Positions 60,989 through 64,000 of a stretch of DNA of 64,000 bases are shown here, one piece after another. The notes under the pieces are model-generated. The model was not told the origin of the DNA, did no database searches, and saw only the letters and a program-made list of their open reading frames with translations. The DNA comes from Lingula anatina (taxonomy: Eukaryota > Animalia > Brachiopoda). Position 1 is the first letter of the stretch. Every line of letters begins with the position of its first letter. The position numbers were made by a program, and so were the translations under genes. The stretch lies in contig CM120644.1 in assembly GCA_051362555.1 (NCBI GenBank), positions 19,676,534-19,740,533 on the forward strand, read 5' to 3'.

Positions 60989-61199
60989 GGTGTCGGGCTG
61001 TGAGTCCAGGGGTGGCTGGTGGTTTGTGTCGAATTCCGCCGGCTGGAACATCCGGGGCTCTGACCGCGGTTGCTGTGGCAACTACGGTGGCTGTTGCAAG
61101 CATGCTTCAGACTTGTGCTACATACACGACTACACGTGTCGCTGTTGTATACCTAGATTGTATTGTGGACCCCAGTGCAAGAAAAATTCGGGCTGTTGA
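60989..61199 (+). CDS. Secreted Cys-rich peptide precursor, coding exon 2 (12-Cys domain)
   Basis: Acceptor ttttctactttcag at 60988. GC-rich exon encoding VSGCESRGGWWF...GCCGNYGGCCKHASDLCYIHDYTCRCCIPRLYCGPQCKKNSGC*. AATAAA at ~61547. Confidence 0.8.
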
Positions 61200-61987
61200 C
61201 ACCTTGTCCTAAATATCATTACTTGAAACAAACTTGCATTTACCAGGCTACGCCCGGTTTGCCCTTTCTAAAGGACCCTAGACTTTGCTGACATTGGAAA
61301 TAGTTCCTATACAGATTGTAGTATATTTTTCATTTTAGTGTAAACTTTGTCATATCCACCTTTGGCACGAGCTCCTGAAAATGAAATGACTACATGAATG
61401 TTCTAGATCGTCACCACGATTGGCGTTTGTAAAAGAACACTATATTAGACCTTGGACCTAAATAGAGGTCTCTATTTAGGTCCAAGATTAGACCATTAAC
61501 CGTTTCAGCGGCCAAAATGGTCATCATATATGCATAACAGAAATCAAATAAAACGATGTTTGCCAATAGATAATGCTTCATGCATTGTGTCTTCTGATAT
61601 CTGCAAGAACCCGTGTATGATATCATTGCTCCCTACACTTTGCAAGATTTGAACTCGAACACCAAATTATGAAGGAAACTCCTGCGCTATACAAGCAAAT
61701 GTGTAAAGTCACAAAATATCCTTGGACGCAGTCAAATTGATCTCAACTCTGAGACGTACAATGTATTTTGACCGAAAATAAGTGAATCTGCAGTATTTCT
61801 CAGATCATAATGGCAAACATGATGATAAATTATCTTTTTAACGTCTGAAATCCATAAAATGACCACTTGACTTAAATAAAAACATATAAACTTAATAAAA
61901 GTTTATAGATAAGGATTGTTAAGATATATATTTACGAAAACGCCTAATTCGGAAGAAAAAGTGCAATTTGCGTCAAGGTAAATACTA

Positions 61988-63373
61988 CACACACTGGACA
62001 AAAGAAGTGTCACCCCCTAACTCAGAGTAAGAAAAGTAGGCAGATCTGGGGCACTTATGATGCCTGGTCTACTTATAATGTGACTAATGAGTATAAAACC
62101 GCTATACCATGGAATTGTATTGTTAGTCTTGTACATGTACAGCAAATGTCATTCCTGTCTTCCTCCAATTTGGCAAGATACAGGCAATTATCTAACGGTT
62201 ATAGGTGCAAGTTATTAACCTGAAGAGGCGGAATATAAGCAATGTCAGAATATCGATACAATTGAATTGTTCAGTCAGAACCGTGCAGAGGGACTGGTCT
62301 CGGTATAAAAACACTGGATCAAGAGACAAATTGCCTCTAATGGGTCTTCCAAGAAAAACTACTGGCCGTGAAGACCGACGACTGATTTTGATGCCCAGGT
62401 TGTCAAAGTTCGACATTGCTTGTCAGTTGACAACACAGTGGAACAATTTCACACATAAGAATGTGTCTGTGAAAATTGCTAGGCGTCGGTTACATGCTCA
62501 TAGAGTGTACAGCAGGGTAGCAAGCCTGAAACCTCTTAAATCGTTACAAAACAGACAACGTAGAGTGAACTAGGGTCAACAGAATCTGGAACTGGACAGT
62601 CCATGACAATTGGTCCTATATATTTTTTCTGATGAGTGTCGCTATGGTCTGACCTCTGATGACAGACGGGTTTGATCCTGGCAAACTGCTGGTAAAGCAT
62701 TTGAACTACATGCACTGAATTTTCGAACCCTGAGCAGCATATTCATCATGGTGTGGGGCTGCATCAGCAACCATGGCTTGGGCGAATTGATAGTGGTTGA
62801 TAGAAACATGAATCACTAGAAATATATCGATGTTTTGGAGTCAGGCTTGCTACCATCTATTACTAACATGTTTGGTGACAGGAATTATCCGTTTGTTCAC
62901 CAGGATGACAACGCTCCTTGTCACAGGCCCAGAGCAGTTGATGATTGGTTTGAACAACAGGACATTCGCAGGGTGATGTGGCCTGCCCAGAGTCCGGATG
63001 CAAACATAATAGAAAATCTGTGGAATGATATGTCAAAACTTTTTACAAATGCCCGTCTAACCAGCAGATAAACTCTGTTATATTCAGTGTTTCATTCTTG
63101 GGCCAGCATAAGTCCTGAACGCATCAGACAATTATATGAATCCTTGCCTCGTATACTGGCACCTATTATTAGGTCACGTGGCTATGCCACTAAGTAATAA
63201 TTTTGGACTTAAACCTGCAAATTTTGGTAGAATGTATATTTTGTTCTCATTTTGTGATTTTTCGTGAAATTTGATGTTAATAAAATGATACAAGGAGCAT
63301 ATCATTCCACAGTCATTTATCTCCCCCATAGTATTGGCTCAGTAGGGGTGACACTTCTTTTGTCCAGGGTGTG
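61988..63373 (+). mobile_element. Tc1 (DD34E) transposon, inactivated
   Basis: TIR CACAC(A/C)CTGGACAAAAGAAGTGTCACCCC with TA TSD. Transposase ~62200-63198 has GLPRKTT, FSDE, MVWGCIS, QDDNAPCH and WPAQSPDANIIENLW (34 residues between D and E), plus several stops. Confidence 0.95.
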
Positions 63374-64000
63374 TAGTACGTCCGTCTAAATGGATGTGTT
63401 GGCTGGGTTTTATATATAAAAAAAGTATGGGAACCGTTTACCCGAGGAAAATCAATTTTTTTTGCCAAAATGAACAGTTGTTATCTTTTTCATAGAGTTC
63501 AAAACTTTGCACCCCACTACTCAGTGCCTTCATCTGTGATACTTACACTCTGTGTTTTTCTGTCCCCTTTGTTAACACAAAGACACGGTACAGGGGCATT
63601 CGTGTATATTTAAAATTTCAATCACAACTGTTGTGGAAAAAAACTGATAATTTTTAATGTTTTTGCATTTATGATTTCAGCAAACCCGAATCACCTTCCA
63701 GGGATGGGGGGGGGGGGGGGGGGTCATGTTTGCGCCGTATCATTCAACAAAGACTAGTTGAAATCGAGGCTTCAGTATGGAAGGTGGACAAATGTATATA
63801 ATCGTATGCATCATTTTGGTGAGAGGTGTTCAGAGTGGACCGAGGTCAGTAGAAGGTGGAGAAGAAAGCAGCCTTGTGTTTCATTGCTACAATTTCTACG
63901 AAATGGTCGGAAATCTGGGACTGAAATTGGCATCGACCTGTTGTAAGTACTGTGCATGTATAGATGATAGAAGATAACATTTGTGAATGATATTTGCGAA

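Noticed and set aside
60970-61212. 80-aa overlapping ORF (CRAVSPGVAGG...) as the real exon-2 product
   Set aside because: It would result from donor 60580 with the ATG frame as written, but it reads as the off-frame shadow of the strongly patterned Cys frame.

Overview
AT-rich, repeat-dense DNA from an invertebrate animal, probably a mollusc or other lophotrochozoan (inferred from the TE family mix). All protein assignments are motif recognition by eye; no database search was run. 1-7.3 kb is a higher-order satellite (~192-bp monomers plus six exon-like ~400-bp modules). 8796-14455 is a full-length, intact L1/Tx1-clade LINE with a 12-bp TSD, inserted into a site that reconstructs to a long hairpin. 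A tRNA-Gly(GCC) lies at 21548-21618. Most of 16-60 kb is nested, decayed transposons: Harbinger, hAT-like MITEs with 5-bp TSDs, Kolobok, Helitron/Helentron, AcademX, CACTA, Sola2, Ginger-like, Gypsy, Penelope and L2/Rex/CR1. A dead Tc1 element sits near the right end (61988-63373). The only convincing host protein gene is a two-coding-exon secreted Cys-rich peptide gene (60438-61199) with a PLA2-like CxxHDxxC motif and an odd frameshift/tandem-donor arrangement. An orphan histone 3' stem-loop with a downstream purine-rich element (40015-40054) and a BEN-domain gene next to a Ginger-like integrase also merit follow-up.
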